59,500 nucleotides of DNA from Candidatus Saccharimonas sp. (lineage in GTDB: Bacteria; Patescibacteriota; Saccharimonadia; Saccharimonadales; EFPC-124): NCBI GenBank assembly GCA_035478375.1, contig DATIJQ010000024.1:1-59500 (forward strand). Direction: 5' to 3'. Shown piece by piece: positions 45,996 through 54,786 of this stretch. Both the position numbers and the translations under genes were made by a program. Position 1 is the stretch's first letter; the number at the start of each line of letters is the position of its first letter. The notes under the pieces are model-generated. The model had not been told where the DNA came from. It did not search any database and was given only the letters and a program-made list of their open reading frames with translations.

Positions 45996-46880
45996 ATGAA
46001 TACACCACAACAACTCCAACACATTCCTGTTTTGTTGCAGGCAACGCTTACTGCGCTTAGGCCGCAAAAAGGGGACACGTACCTCGATTTAACGGCTGGG
46101 TTTGGTGGGCACGCAAAACAGGTGATTGCCGCAATTGGCGATGCCCGTTTAGCGACGTTGGTTGATCGAGACGATATGGCAATAACTGCGCTTGCGCCTT
46201 TGGCAAAAGCGGGTGCTCACGTACTCAAAAATGATTACGCGGCGGCCGCTAAAAAATTGCTTGGGGCAGGGGAGCGGTTTAATTGTGTATTGCTTGATAT
46301 TGGGGTATCGTCGCCGCAAATTGACAACCCAGGCCGCGGATTTAGTTTTATGCACGACGGGCCGCTCGACATGCGAATGGACCAAAGTGCTGAGATTACT
46401 GCCGCAACTGTGGTAAATAAAGCCAGCAAAGATGAGCTGACGCGAATTTTACGTGAGTACGGCGAAGAGCCGCACGCCGCAAAAATCGCCCAAGCAATTA
46501 TGTTTGCCAGGCCGCTAAAAACCACAGCCGAACTTGCCGAAGTTGTCGCCAAAACCTATCGTGGCCGGCGGGGTAAAATCCACCCGGCAACGCGCACTTT
46601 TCAGGCGCTCCGCATTGCTGTTAATAGTGAGCTTACACAGCTTGCCGACACATTGCCGTTACTGCCACATCTGTTAAAACCGGGTGGGCGAGTTGCAGTT
46701 ATTAGCTTCCATAGTCTAGAAGACCGGCTCGTTAAACAATTTTTTAACGAACAAGCCCGGGCTGGCTACGAAGCAACACTACAGCTTATTACCAAGCAGC
46801 CGATAAGCGGCGCCACACAAGATGTTCACAATCCGCGTGCAAGGAGCGCAAAACTCCGAGCCGCAGTGAAAATAAAATAA
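45996..46880 (+). CDS. rsmH: 16S rRNA (cytosine1402-N4)-methyltransferase
   Basis: HIPVLLQATL, YLDLTAGFGGHA, LLDIGVSSPQIDNPGRGFSF, DGPLDMRMD. Confidence 0.92.
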   Translation: MNTPQQLQHIPVLLQATLTALRPQKGDTYLDLTAGFGGHAKQVIAAIGDARLATLVDRDDMAITALAPLAKAGAHVLKNDYAAAAKKLLGAGERFNCVLLDIGVSSPQIDNPGRGFSFMHDGPLDMRMDQSAEITAATVVNKASKDELTRILREYGEEPHAAKIAQAIMFARPLKTTAELAEVVAKTYRGRRGKIHPATRTFQALRIAVNSELTQLADTLPLLPHLLKPGGRVAVISFHSLEDRLVKQFFNEQARAGYEATLQLITKQPISGATQDVHNPRARSAKLRAAVKIK

Positions 46881-47042
46881 AAAGGGGCAGCAAAATGCCT
46901 ATTAAAACACAGGTCCAGGTGACTGGTACCTCGCGCGCTTACAAAATCAACGTAAAACACGTTTAAGCGCAAACCAACGTTCGCGGGTAGCCTAAAAACT
47001 GCCCGCGGGCACCACGCAAAAATTAACACAAAAAGTAAAAAC

Positions 47043-47402
47043 ATGTCGCAAGCATATAACATGGCATTGCCACGCCAGAACTCATCACGCCAAACATGGC
47101 GCCGCAACCAAAACACGGTTAAGTTTAACAGTAGTATTAGTTTGGGGCCGATTAGCCATACTATTCTTATTGCTGTTATGCTTGCAGTGCTTGGCATGAT
47201 TTACTTGACGCAGATCACAAAAACCAGTACATATGGGTATCAGCTGAACGATTTAAATACCAAGCAACAGCAATTGGCGAGCGAAAACCGCGACTTAGAG
47301 GTTGAATCCGCCAAACTGCAGGCTTTGGAAAAAGTCCAGCAAAGCAGTGTCGCCAACACTATGACTACCCCTGCGTCGACCGATTTTGCCCACACAAACT
47401 AG
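47043..47402 (+). CDS. ftsL: FtsL-like cell-division protein (single TM + coiled coil)
   Basis: TM helix ILIAVMLAVLGMIYL followed by QLNDLNTKQQQLASENRDLEVESAKLQALEKV. Positioned between rsmH and ftsI. Confidence 0.6.
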   Translation: MSQAYNMALPRQNSSRQTWRRNQNTVKFNSSISLGPISHTILIAVMLAVLGMIYLTQITKTSTYGYQLNDLNTKQQQLASENRDLEVESAKLQALEKVQQSSVANTMTTPASTDFAHTN

Positions 47403-47403
47403 C

Positions 47404-49158
47404 ATGGACCGTTTTAAGCTTACATCACATCGCAGTCGCGTTTTAATAGCCCTCATGGCCATCTTGGGGGCTGTTTTTGTCGCACGACTCTTTTATTTGC
47501 AGGTGGTAATGCACGGCTATTACGAAGCCGAAGCCGATAAAGAACATACCAGCAAATTTACCATCGCCGCCAAACGCGGACTTATTTACGCTCACGATGG
47601 TCCAGGTAATTATGCGCCATTGGTGTTGAACGAGCCAGTTTACACCGTATTTGCCGACCCGCGCTACGTCAAAAACGCCAATCAAGTCGCCGACGCCATG
47701 CGTAAAATCGCCGGCGGTAATGTGATAAATAATTTTGAGGACGGTTTGCGTGACAAGACCAAAGAATATGTAGTTCTGGCCCGCAATGTCAGCCAAGACC
47801 AAGCCAATTTAATCAAAAAGCAAAACCTCAGCGACCAAGGTGTGGGTTTGCAGCAAGAGTCAAAGCGTGTGTACCCCGAAGACCAGCTGGCCGCCCAAGT
47901 TTTAGGCTTTGTGAACGGTGAGGGGCAGGGGCAATACGGCATCGAAGAGGGAATGAACACCCAGCTTTCTGGCAAAGATGGCCAACTCAAAGCTGTAACC
48001 GATGTGCACGGCATCCCAATTTCTGTTGGCAGCCAAAGCGTGCAAACCCCAGCGCAAGACGGCAAGAACATTGCGCTAACCATTGACCGCAACGTCCAAA
48101 ACGAAGCTGAGCAGGTGCTCGCTAATGGTCTCAAGAATGCCAAGGCCACTAAAGGCAGCGTGGTAGTCATGGATCCTAGTAACGGTCATATTTTGGCAAT
48201 GGCCAACGCACCAACCTACAATCCAAACGATTTTAGTAAGGTAACTGATTATAGCGTTTTTCAGAACCGGGTTATTAGTGACCCGTATGAACCCGGCTCG
48301 GTTATTAAGGCGCTGACCATGGGTGTTGGTCTAAATGAAGGCAAAATCCAACCAAATACCACCTATAACAACGTCGGTTACGTAAAAGTCGACGACGCGA
48401 TTATTAAAAACGTCGAAACCCAACCGCAGGGCGCCGTGACTATGACGCAGGTGTTGCAATATTCATTTAACACTGGTGTTGTGTGGGTGCTCAAACAGCT
48501 CGGTGGCGGGAGTGACACAATTACTATGGCTGGCAAGCAAGTTTTATATAACTACGACACGCAGCATTATTTGTTTGGTAAGCCAACTGGCATTGAACTC
48601 GCCGGTGAAGTAAGTGGCATTGTACCAAAACCAACCAACAGTAATGTGCAATACGCCAACATGACCTTTGGCCAAGGTATTAATATAAGTATGTTGCAAG
48701 TGGTAGGCGCTTTTTCGGCCGATATTAATGGTGGTACGTACTATACGCCGCAGGTAGTCGATGGCTACCTCGACAACAACAATAGTTTTACGTCAAAGCC
48801 TGGTACAATTCGCGAATCAAACGTTATTAATCCAACGGCTTCGGCAAAATTGCGCCAAATGTTGCACGATGCGCGCGAAGGCAGCGCTGCCAAAAACGGC
48901 GAAAAAGGTGGCTACTACATCGGTGGTAAAACTGGTACAGCCCAGGTATACAACCCTAAACTTGGTCAGTACGACCCAGTCGCCACAATTGGCAGTTATT
49001 TAGGTTTTGGTGGGCAAGATAAGCCACAGTATGTCATAATGGTACGCGTAGACGACGCAACTGTTGGTGGCTTTGCAGGCACCTCTGCGGCTGCGCCAAT
49101 CTTTACGGATATTTCTAACTGGATGCTTGATTACTTACAAATCGCACCGAAAGGATAG
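47404..49158 (+). CDS. ftsI: Penicillin-binding protein (class B transpeptidase, FtsI/PBP2-type)
   Basis: N-terminal TM helix, then SxxK (GSVIKAL), SxN (YSFNTG) and KTG (GKTGTAQ). ATG 47404 lies directly after the ftsL stop. Confidence 0.9.
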   Translation: MDRFKLTSHRSRVLIALMAILGAVFVARLFYLQVVMHGYYEAEADKEHTSKFTIAAKRGLIYAHDGPGNYAPLVLNEPVYTVFADPRYVKNANQVADAMRKIAGGNVINNFEDGLRDKTKEYVVLARNVSQDQANLIKKQNLSDQGVGLQQESKRVYPEDQLAAQVLGFVNGEGQGQYGIEEGMNTQLSGKDGQLKAVTDVHGIPISVGSQSVQTPAQDGKNIALTIDRNVQNEAEQVLANGLKNAKATKGSVVVMDPSNGHILAMANAPTYNPNDFSKVTDYSVFQNRVISDPYEPGSVIKALTMGVGLNEGKIQPNTTYNNVGYVKVDDAIIKNVETQPQGAVTMTQVLQYSFNTGVVWVLKQLGGGSDTITMAGKQVLYNYDTQHYLFGKPTGIELAGEVSGIVPKPTNSNVQYANMTFGQGINISMLQVVGAFSADINGGTYYTPQVVDGYLDNNNSFTSKPGTIRESNVINPTASAKLRQMLHDAREGSAAKNGEKGGYYIGGKTGTAQVYNPKLGQYDPVATIGSYLGFGGQDKPQYVIMVRVDDATVGGFAGTSAAAPIFTDISNWMLDYLQIAPKG

Positions 49159-49159
49159 C

Positions 49160-50200
49160 ATGAACACACTCGTGTCGCCAGATTTTATTACCAACCTCAC
49201 GCTCATTTCGCTGCTCGCTGGCGCCGGTTTTTGTTTGAGTATGTTGCTAACGCCAATCTACACGTTTTTCGCCTACAAATATAAGCTGTGGAAAGTGCCG
49301 CGCACGGTTGCCGTAACGGGCGAAAAAGCACCTGTTTTGGCTAAACTGCACGCCGCCAAACACCGCCGCAATATTCCTATGATGGCTGGGCTAGTGTTTG
49401 TAGTTGTTATTGCAGTTTTGACATTGTTCTTTAATCTTGATCGCGGCCAAACGTGGCTGCCACTGGCGGCACTCCTTGGTGGTGGCCTTGTTGGCTTAAT
49501 CGACGACATTATTAACGTGCGTGGCCTCGGCGGTGGCGTTAAAGGCCTGCGTGCGCCAATAAAATTTGCCATGGTCACGGTGGTTGGTTTGGTACTTGGT
49601 TGGTACTTCTTTTACAAACTTGGCTACGATTCGGTGCACGTGCCATTCTTGGGCGATTGGACGGTTGGCATATGGATGATCCCGCTGTTTGCTTTTGTGC
49701 TTGTCGCTACAGGCAACGCAGTCAACATTACCGATGGGCTTGACGGTTTAGCCGGCGGCCTGGCAGCGATGGCCTTTGGTGCGTTTGGCGTTATTGCGTT
49801 GCTACAAGGTAACATTGGTGTGGCCGGTTTTTGCTTTACGGTTGTTGGCGCGCTGTTGGCGTACGTGTGGTTTAATATTTTCCCGGCACGGTTCTTTATG
49901 TCAGATATTGGGTCGTTTTCGTTGGGTGCAAGCCTCGGCGTGGTTGCCATGTTAACAAACACACTGTTTTTATTACCGATTATTGGCTTTGTGTTTGTGG
50001 CTGACACAGCTACTGTTATTTTGCAGATTTTTAGCAAAAAGGTCTTCCATCGCAAAATCTTTTTGTCATCGCCAGTGCACCATCATTTTGAAGCAATTGG
50101 CTGGCCCGAAACTAAAGTCACCATGCGCTTTTGGGTGATCGGCCAAGTTTGCAGTGTTATTGGTTTAGTTGTTGCGCTCGCTGGGGGCTACATTAAATAA
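49160..50200 (+). CDS. mraY: Phospho-N-acetylmuramoyl-pentapeptide transferase
   Basis: NAVNITDGLDGLAGG and 10 TM helices. ATG lies 1 nt after the ftsI stop. Confidence 0.92.
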   Translation: MNTLVSPDFITNLTLISLLAGAGFCLSMLLTPIYTFFAYKYKLWKVPRTVAVTGEKAPVLAKLHAAKHRRNIPMMAGLVFVVVIAVLTLFFNLDRGQTWLPLAALLGGGLVGLIDDIINVRGLGGGVKGLRAPIKFAMVTVVGLVLGWYFFYKLGYDSVHVPFLGDWTVGIWMIPLFAFVLVATGNAVNITDGLDGLAGGLAAMAFGAFGVIALLQGNIGVAGFCFTVVGALLAYVWFNIFPARFFMSDIGSFSLGASLGVVAMLTNTLFLLPIIGFVFVADTATVILQIFSKKVFHRKIFLSSPVHHHFEAIGWPETKVTMRFWVIGQVCSVIGLVVALAGGYIK

Positions 50201-51456
50201 TGGATAGTCTGCGCGACCGCGCGACTACAATTGTGCGGCGCCACCGTCCGGACATGCTGCTGCTGTTATTTATGGGCATTCTGGTGCTGCTTGGATTGAT
50301 TATTATTTACGCCATTAGCCCGCCATTGGCTGCGCGCGCAGGCAGTGATGTGGACCCTAATCACTACATGTACAAACAACTGTTGTATTTGGTATTTGGC
50401 GTTGGTGCGTTTGTGGCAGCATTTATAATTCCGATTGATTTTTGGCGCAAATTTCGCGGTAAATTGTTAGTTGGCGCGCTTGTTTTAGGAGTCATGCCGT
50501 TTTTATTGCAGGCGACGCCGATTGGGCTGTGCGCAAACGGCGCTTGCCGGTGGCTGCAGTTTGGTTTTATTAGTTTCCAGCCCGCCGAGCTTATGAAGTT
50601 CGCGCTGGTTATATTTTTAGCTGCATTTTTAGCGGTGCGTATTCAGCAGGGTAAGGTCAACGACGTGCAAATGACGCTTGTGCCTGTCGGTTTAATTATG
50701 CTCGCCGTAGCTGTTATTGTTATTGGCCTACAACAAGACCTTGGCACTGGCATTACGTTTTTTGCGATCACGTTAACCATGCTTTTGGTTGCTGGCCTCA
50801 GCAAAAAATTATTCGCTATGATTATTGGCAGTGCGGCCGTGCTTGGGACGTTGTTTGTGATTATTGCGCCGCACCGCATCGAGCGCGTGTTAACGTTTTT
50901 CCAACACAGTAGCGCCAACGACGCCATGACGTACCACATTGACCAAGCGCTTATTGCGGTTGGCAGCGGTGGTCTAACTGGCAAAGGGTTGGGGCAGAGT
51001 ATTCAGGCGTTTGGTTACTTGCCAGAGGCAGCAAACGACTCAATCTTTGCAATTTTGGCCGAAATTTTTGGTTTCCTTGGCACACTTGCTGTGCTGGCAA
51101 TTTTTGCCGCCATGTTTGTGCGCATTTTGCACATTATGGATCGCAGCGGTAATATTTACTATAAGCTCGTTGTGTCGGGTGTGTTTGGTTGGGTGTTTTC
51201 GCATGCAGTAGTAAATATCGGGGCCATGCTGGGCATCTTCCCGCTGACGGGTATTACGCTGCCATTTGTGAGCTTTGGTGGCACCAGCCTGCTGTTTATG
51301 CTGGCGGCGCTTGGTGTTGTACTGCAGATTTCGCGCTACACCGGCCACCAAGTAAAAGATGTTGTAACTACAGGAGATGCTGATGAAGATCGTCGCCGCG
51401 GGCGGGGGATCGGGCGGTCACGTAACGCCGTGCCTAGCAGTTTTAGCCGAGCTTAA
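50200..51456 (+). CDS. ftsW: SEDS-family peptidoglycan glycosyltransferase FtsW
   Basis: FtsW/RodA topology and motifs (FQPAELMKFALVIF, PEAANDSIFA, GITLPFVSFGGTS). Assigned from its dcw position. Confidence 0.85.
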   Translation: MDSLRDRATTIVRRHRPDMLLLLFMGILVLLGLIIIYAISPPLAARAGSDVDPNHYMYKQLLYLVFGVGAFVAAFIIPIDFWRKFRGKLLVGALVLGVMPFLLQATPIGLCANGACRWLQFGFISFQPAELMKFALVIFLAAFLAVRIQQGKVNDVQMTLVPVGLIMLAVAVIVIGLQQDLGTGITFFAITLTMLLVAGLSKKLFAMIIGSAAVLGTLFVIIAPHRIERVLTFFQHSSANDAMTYHIDQALIAVGSGGLTGKGLGQSIQAFGYLPEAANDSIFAILAEIFGFLGTLAVLAIFAAMFVRILHIMDRSGNIYYKLVVSGVFGWVFSHAVVNIGAMLGIFPLTGITLPFVSFGGTSLLFMLAALGVVLQISRYTGHQVKDVVTTGDADEDRRRGRGIGRSRNAVPSSFSRA

Positions 51457-52543
51457 ACGCCACGACCCAAACCTCAAAGCTTACTTTATAACAGATAAAA
51501 AATTCGGCCCACAAGCGCACGATATTTTAAAGCATGCCCCGCTCGATATAAAATTAAAACGTATCTACGCCGGAAAACTGCGCCGCTATCACACCGTAAG
51601 CTGGTGGCGCCAGTTGTTTATGCTTGGCACGGTATTCAAAAATATTCGTGACGTATTTTTAGTTGGCATTGGACTAGTACAAAGCCTGATCTTTTTGGCG
51701 CGAACTAAACCTGACGGTGTATTCACCAAAGGCGGATTCGTATGCTTGCCGGTTGGCTTGGCGGCAAAAATGCTCAAGATCCCCCTCATTATTCATGATT
51801 CTGACGCCCACCCGGGTCTAACAAACCGTATTTTAGCGCCTTACGCAGTGTTGATTGGCACTGGCGCGCCTATCGAAAACTATCCGTACCCAGCCGGCCG
51901 CACGCACTATGTTGGCATTCCAGTGAGTCGCGCTTTCCGCCCACTTACTGCAAAGCAGCAGCAACAATGCAAGGCCGAACTTAAGCTGCACGATACCAAA
52001 AAACCCCTGTTAGTAGTAACGGGTGGCGGGCTTGGTGCGCGCAATATCAACCGTGCAATTTTGGCCATCGCGCCGCAGCTGCTCGACAAAGTTGCTATTT
52101 TACATATTACTGGCCAGGCGAATTACACGGCCGTGCTTGAAGCCGCACCCGACCATGTTGATTATTTAGTCGAGCCGTTCTTGCCCAGTATGCTTATTCC
52201 CTTTGGTGCGGCCGATGTTGTAGTCACACGTGCTGGCGGCACGACGCTGTTTGAGCTCGCCGCTATGGCCAAACCAATTGTCATTGTGCCTAGTCCGTAT
52301 TTGACCGGCGGGCATCAGCTTAAGAATGCCGAAGTCTATGCTAAAGCGAACGCCGCTGTGGTTGTGCAAGAAGAAGATATGATATTGGACCAACGCGTGC
52401 TGTTAAAAACCCTGATTGAACTGTTTACAAACACCGCCAAACGTCACCAAATTGCCCAAAACCTGCACGCCATGGCCAAGCCTGACGCAGCAATAGATAT
52501 GGCCGCGCTTATTGTCGAAGCGGTCTGCGCCAAACAAGCATAA
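51383..52543 (+). CDS. murG: Lipid II synthase MurG (UDP-GlcNAc transferase)
   Basis: MKIVAAGGGSGGHVTPCLAV (G-loop) and C-terminal TRAGGTTLFELA. GGAG (51373-51376) lies 6 nt upstream of ATG 51383. Overlaps the ftsW tail. Confidence 0.9.
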   Translation: MKIVAAGGGSGGHVTPCLAVLAELKRHDPNLKAYFITDKKFGPQAHDILKHAPLDIKLKRIYAGKLRRYHTVSWWRQLFMLGTVFKNIRDVFLVGIGLVQSLIFLARTKPDGVFTKGGFVCLPVGLAAKMLKIPLIIHDSDAHPGLTNRILAPYAVLIGTGAPIENYPYPAGRTHYVGIPVSRAFRPLTAKQQQQCKAELKLHDTKKPLLVVTGGGLGARNINRAILAIAPQLLDKVAILHITGQANYTAVLEAAPDHVDYLVEPFLPSMLIPFGAADVVVTRAGGTTLFELAAMAKPIVIVPSPYLTGGHQLKNAEVYAKANAAVVVQEEDMILDQRVLLKTLIELFTNTAKRHQIAQNLHAMAKPDAAIDMAALIVEAVCAKQA

Positions 52544-52545
52544 GC

Positions 52546-52564
52546 TGCTACAATAACAGGAATG
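52546..52564 (+). promoter_or_regulatory. Extended -10 promoter abutting the ftsQ start (leaderless layout)
   Basis: TGcTACAAT at 52546-52554, a 7-nt spacer, then ATG 52562. Confidence 0.5.
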
Positions 52565-53473
52565 AAGCTGTTCAAAAAAAAGCAAAAACAGGCGCGCCAG
52601 CCGCAACTTATGGCTGGGCAAAACGAATACGTTTTTCGACGTAGCCGCACCCTGACTGGCACTGCTAGCCCAGAGATCGCCGTTAGTGCAGCAAAGCGCG
52701 GACAACTTAAAACTGATCGTCTAAAATTACACGAACTTAAAGCGCACCGGCGCAAACTTATGCGACTTTTAGGGGTCGTTTTACTACTTATTGCGTGCCT
52801 TGTCTTTTTAATTGCTAACTTTATTGTGAGTCCGCAACTAGCGGCTACGCAGCGTGGTGTGCATCAGCCGGATTACGCTGCCTACCAAAAGTCTATAGAT
52901 ACATACTTTGGAGATCATCCACTAGAGCGCTTTGGTTTTTTGCTTGATGGTGCAAATTTAGCAACGTCGCTCAAACATGATCATCCTGAGCTACTGGCTT
53001 TAAGCGTAATGCGCGATTGGTATGGCGGTAATGTGCGCATTGGTTTATCGTTTCGTCAGCCGCTGCTAGTGTGGCATATTGGCGCTAAGCAATTTTATGT
53101 TGATAGTGAGGGTTTGGCTTTTACTTACAATCATTTTGCCGAACCGACGGTTACCGTCACTGACCAGTCAGGCTTGCCACCAGACCAGTCAGGCGCGGTT
53201 GCTTCGACGCGCTTTATCCGCTTTTTAGGACAAATGGTTGCTGCAGTAAACACATACAAAAAAGGGCTAGTTACCTCTGTTATTATCCCGCCGTCAACCC
53301 GCGAGATTGACTTAAAACTGCAGGGCCGTGATTACCCCATAAAAACCAATAGTGACCGCGACCCGCTGCAGCAGGCCGAAGATATTGCCAACGCCCTAAC
53401 CTGGCTTGATCAACGGGGGATAAAGCCACAATATCTGGATTTACGCGTCACGCACAAGGCATTTTATAAGTAG
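52562..53473 (+). CDS. ftsQ: FtsQ/DivIB-like cell-division protein (TM + POTRA)
   Basis: Basic N-terminus, TM helix LLGVVLLLIACLVFLIANFIV, and a POTRA-like segment FYVDSEGLAF. It is the last gene of the dcw cluster. Confidence 0.65.
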   Translation: MKLFKKKQKQARQPQLMAGQNEYVFRRSRTLTGTASPEIAVSAAKRGQLKTDRLKLHELKAHRRKLMRLLGVVLLLIACLVFLIANFIVSPQLAATQRGVHQPDYAAYQKSIDTYFGDHPLERFGFLLDGANLATSLKHDHPELLALSVMRDWYGGNVRIGLSFRQPLLVWHIGAKQFYVDSEGLAFTYNHFAEPTVTVTDQSGLPPDQSGAVASTRFIRFLGQMVAAVNTYKKGLVTSVIIPPSTREIDLKLQGRDYPIKTNSDRDPLQQAEDIANALTWLDQRGIKPQYLDLRVTHKAFYK

Positions 53474-53841
53474 GGTAGGGCAGTTGTAGCTCCTGACGGA
53501 GTAAATATTTGGGTGTAAAGTTTTTTTAGCGCACCAGCATAGAAGCAACTTACGGCTAGTAATAGGCGGGCTAGCGGTTAGCACCACACTCACACTACTC
53601 TCTCTAAGTTCGTGTTTTGTTCTATTTTTTGTGAACTTTTTATTCTTGTCTGCGGAAATATATACAAAAATATAAAAAATATAAAAATCAAACCGCTTGT
53701 TGGGGAGTGGTGGGGAGGCGTGAAAAATAACCATGAAAACCTACAAAAAAGCATCAAATTTGCAACAAACCTGTGGAAAACTCAACGCGTGCAAAGACTA
53801 CGATTATCACAGCGCGGCGATCATTAATGTAAGTGTAATCG

Positions 53842-54045
53842 TACGCTAAAGACCTTAAAACTTAATGTAAATTTTATATGCATGCAGTTTTTATAAGAGC
53901 ACTACGTCTATTCATACCAATGTTAAATTAATACGCTATGTCGTAAAAGATATATTGTGCGACATAGCATTACGCTACGCATTTTGTATAAACGTATACT
54001 CGCCTGCAGCTATTTGTTGTTGCTTTGCTTGCAGATTTTACGCTA
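53842..54045 (+). repeat. Four direct copies of TACGCTA (two extended to TACGCTATGT) plus a 9-bp inverted repeat in the AT-rich gap
   Basis: TACGCTA occurs at 53842, 53932, 53971 and 54039. The inverted repeat is GCTATGTCG (53935-53943) / CGACATAGC (53960-53968). Confidence 0.6.
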
Positions 54046-54180
54046 TGTACCCTACTTTTATGTAACACATTTAATTCTCCTGACCAGCTGATTGCAACGT
54101 AATGGCACAGCAAGAATTTGCTTTATTTTGTTCTATTTTTGTTTAATATAATTTTAAAAACCGTATCATAAAAAACAGGC

Positions 54181-54786
54181 TCACTGCCGAGATTCATCAC
54201 ATACAAAATCTACAATAGCCCGACTATAGCGCGTTAAAGCAATAACAATGCTGTATATGTGGCCACTAGTCGGCATCTGTAAGACGGGCGCATCTTTAAT
54301 AGATTGGTATTTTGGGTTGACAATGGAGTCATGCAATGGCTTCACGCTCAAAATATTGTGGCGCATATGTGGCGTGAGTTTTTTAAAACTGGCAGGTAAT
54401 GCAACCATTGATTCTTTAAACATAGGGTTGAGTTTGTAGACTTCTGGCGCAACCTTGTCGGCGCTGGCAAGTGCACCACAAATAATTGCCGTACGGTGGA
54501 TATCGTTGTGGTGACGCGCCAAAGCGTTAATCGCTAGCGAACCACCGGCGCTCGAGGCGACAAGTGATACTATATACCCTCTTTGTTTCGCCTCAATAAT
54601 TTTTTGGTGCACTTGGTCGAGCTTGCTTTGTAGCGTGCTTTTTTGGTCGGCCCACCCCACAATAAAGCATTCAGCAGAAACTCTAAAACGGTGGCGCCAC
54701 AACCTAATAAGCAGCTTTTGTCCCAGCTTGTTGACGCGTTTGTCGCCCAGCCCAGGGATGTAAATAATGTGGTGCTTAGCCGTCAT
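54181..54786 (-). CDS. Alpha/beta-fold hydrolase (small, lipase/esterase-like)
   Basis: HIIYIPGLGD start, nucleophile elbow LVASSAGGS, and a late His (PTSGHIYS). The start shares one base with the upstream gene's stop (TAATG). Confidence 0.6.
   Translation of the reverse strand: MTAKHHIIYIPGLGDKRVNKLGQKLLIRLWRHRFRVSAECFIVGWADQKSTLQSKLDQVHQKIIEAKQRGYIVSLVASSAGGSLAINALARHHNDIHRTAIICGALASADKVAPEVYKLNPMFKESMVALPASFKKLTPHMRHNILSVKPLHDSIVNPKYQSIKDAPVLQMPTSGHIYSIVIALTRYSRAIVDFVCDESRQ

Noticed and set aside
45764-46078. 104-aa minus-strand ORF across the mraZ-rsmH spacer
   Set aside because: It overlaps the rsmH start, has an implausible Cys/Phe/Val-rich composition, and lacks start signals.
2394-49159. 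Longer upstream start codons given in the ORF track (2394, 5052, 12196, 12836, 21931, 27566, 28154, 30400, 36462, 38865, 39384, 47386, 49064, 51377)
   Set aside because: Each extension adds non-homologous residues, overlaps the preceding gene or a terminator, or ignores a better-placed SD or -10 box. Conserved N-termini (for example SecA MKQILTKIFG and MraY MNTLV) support the shorter starts used here.
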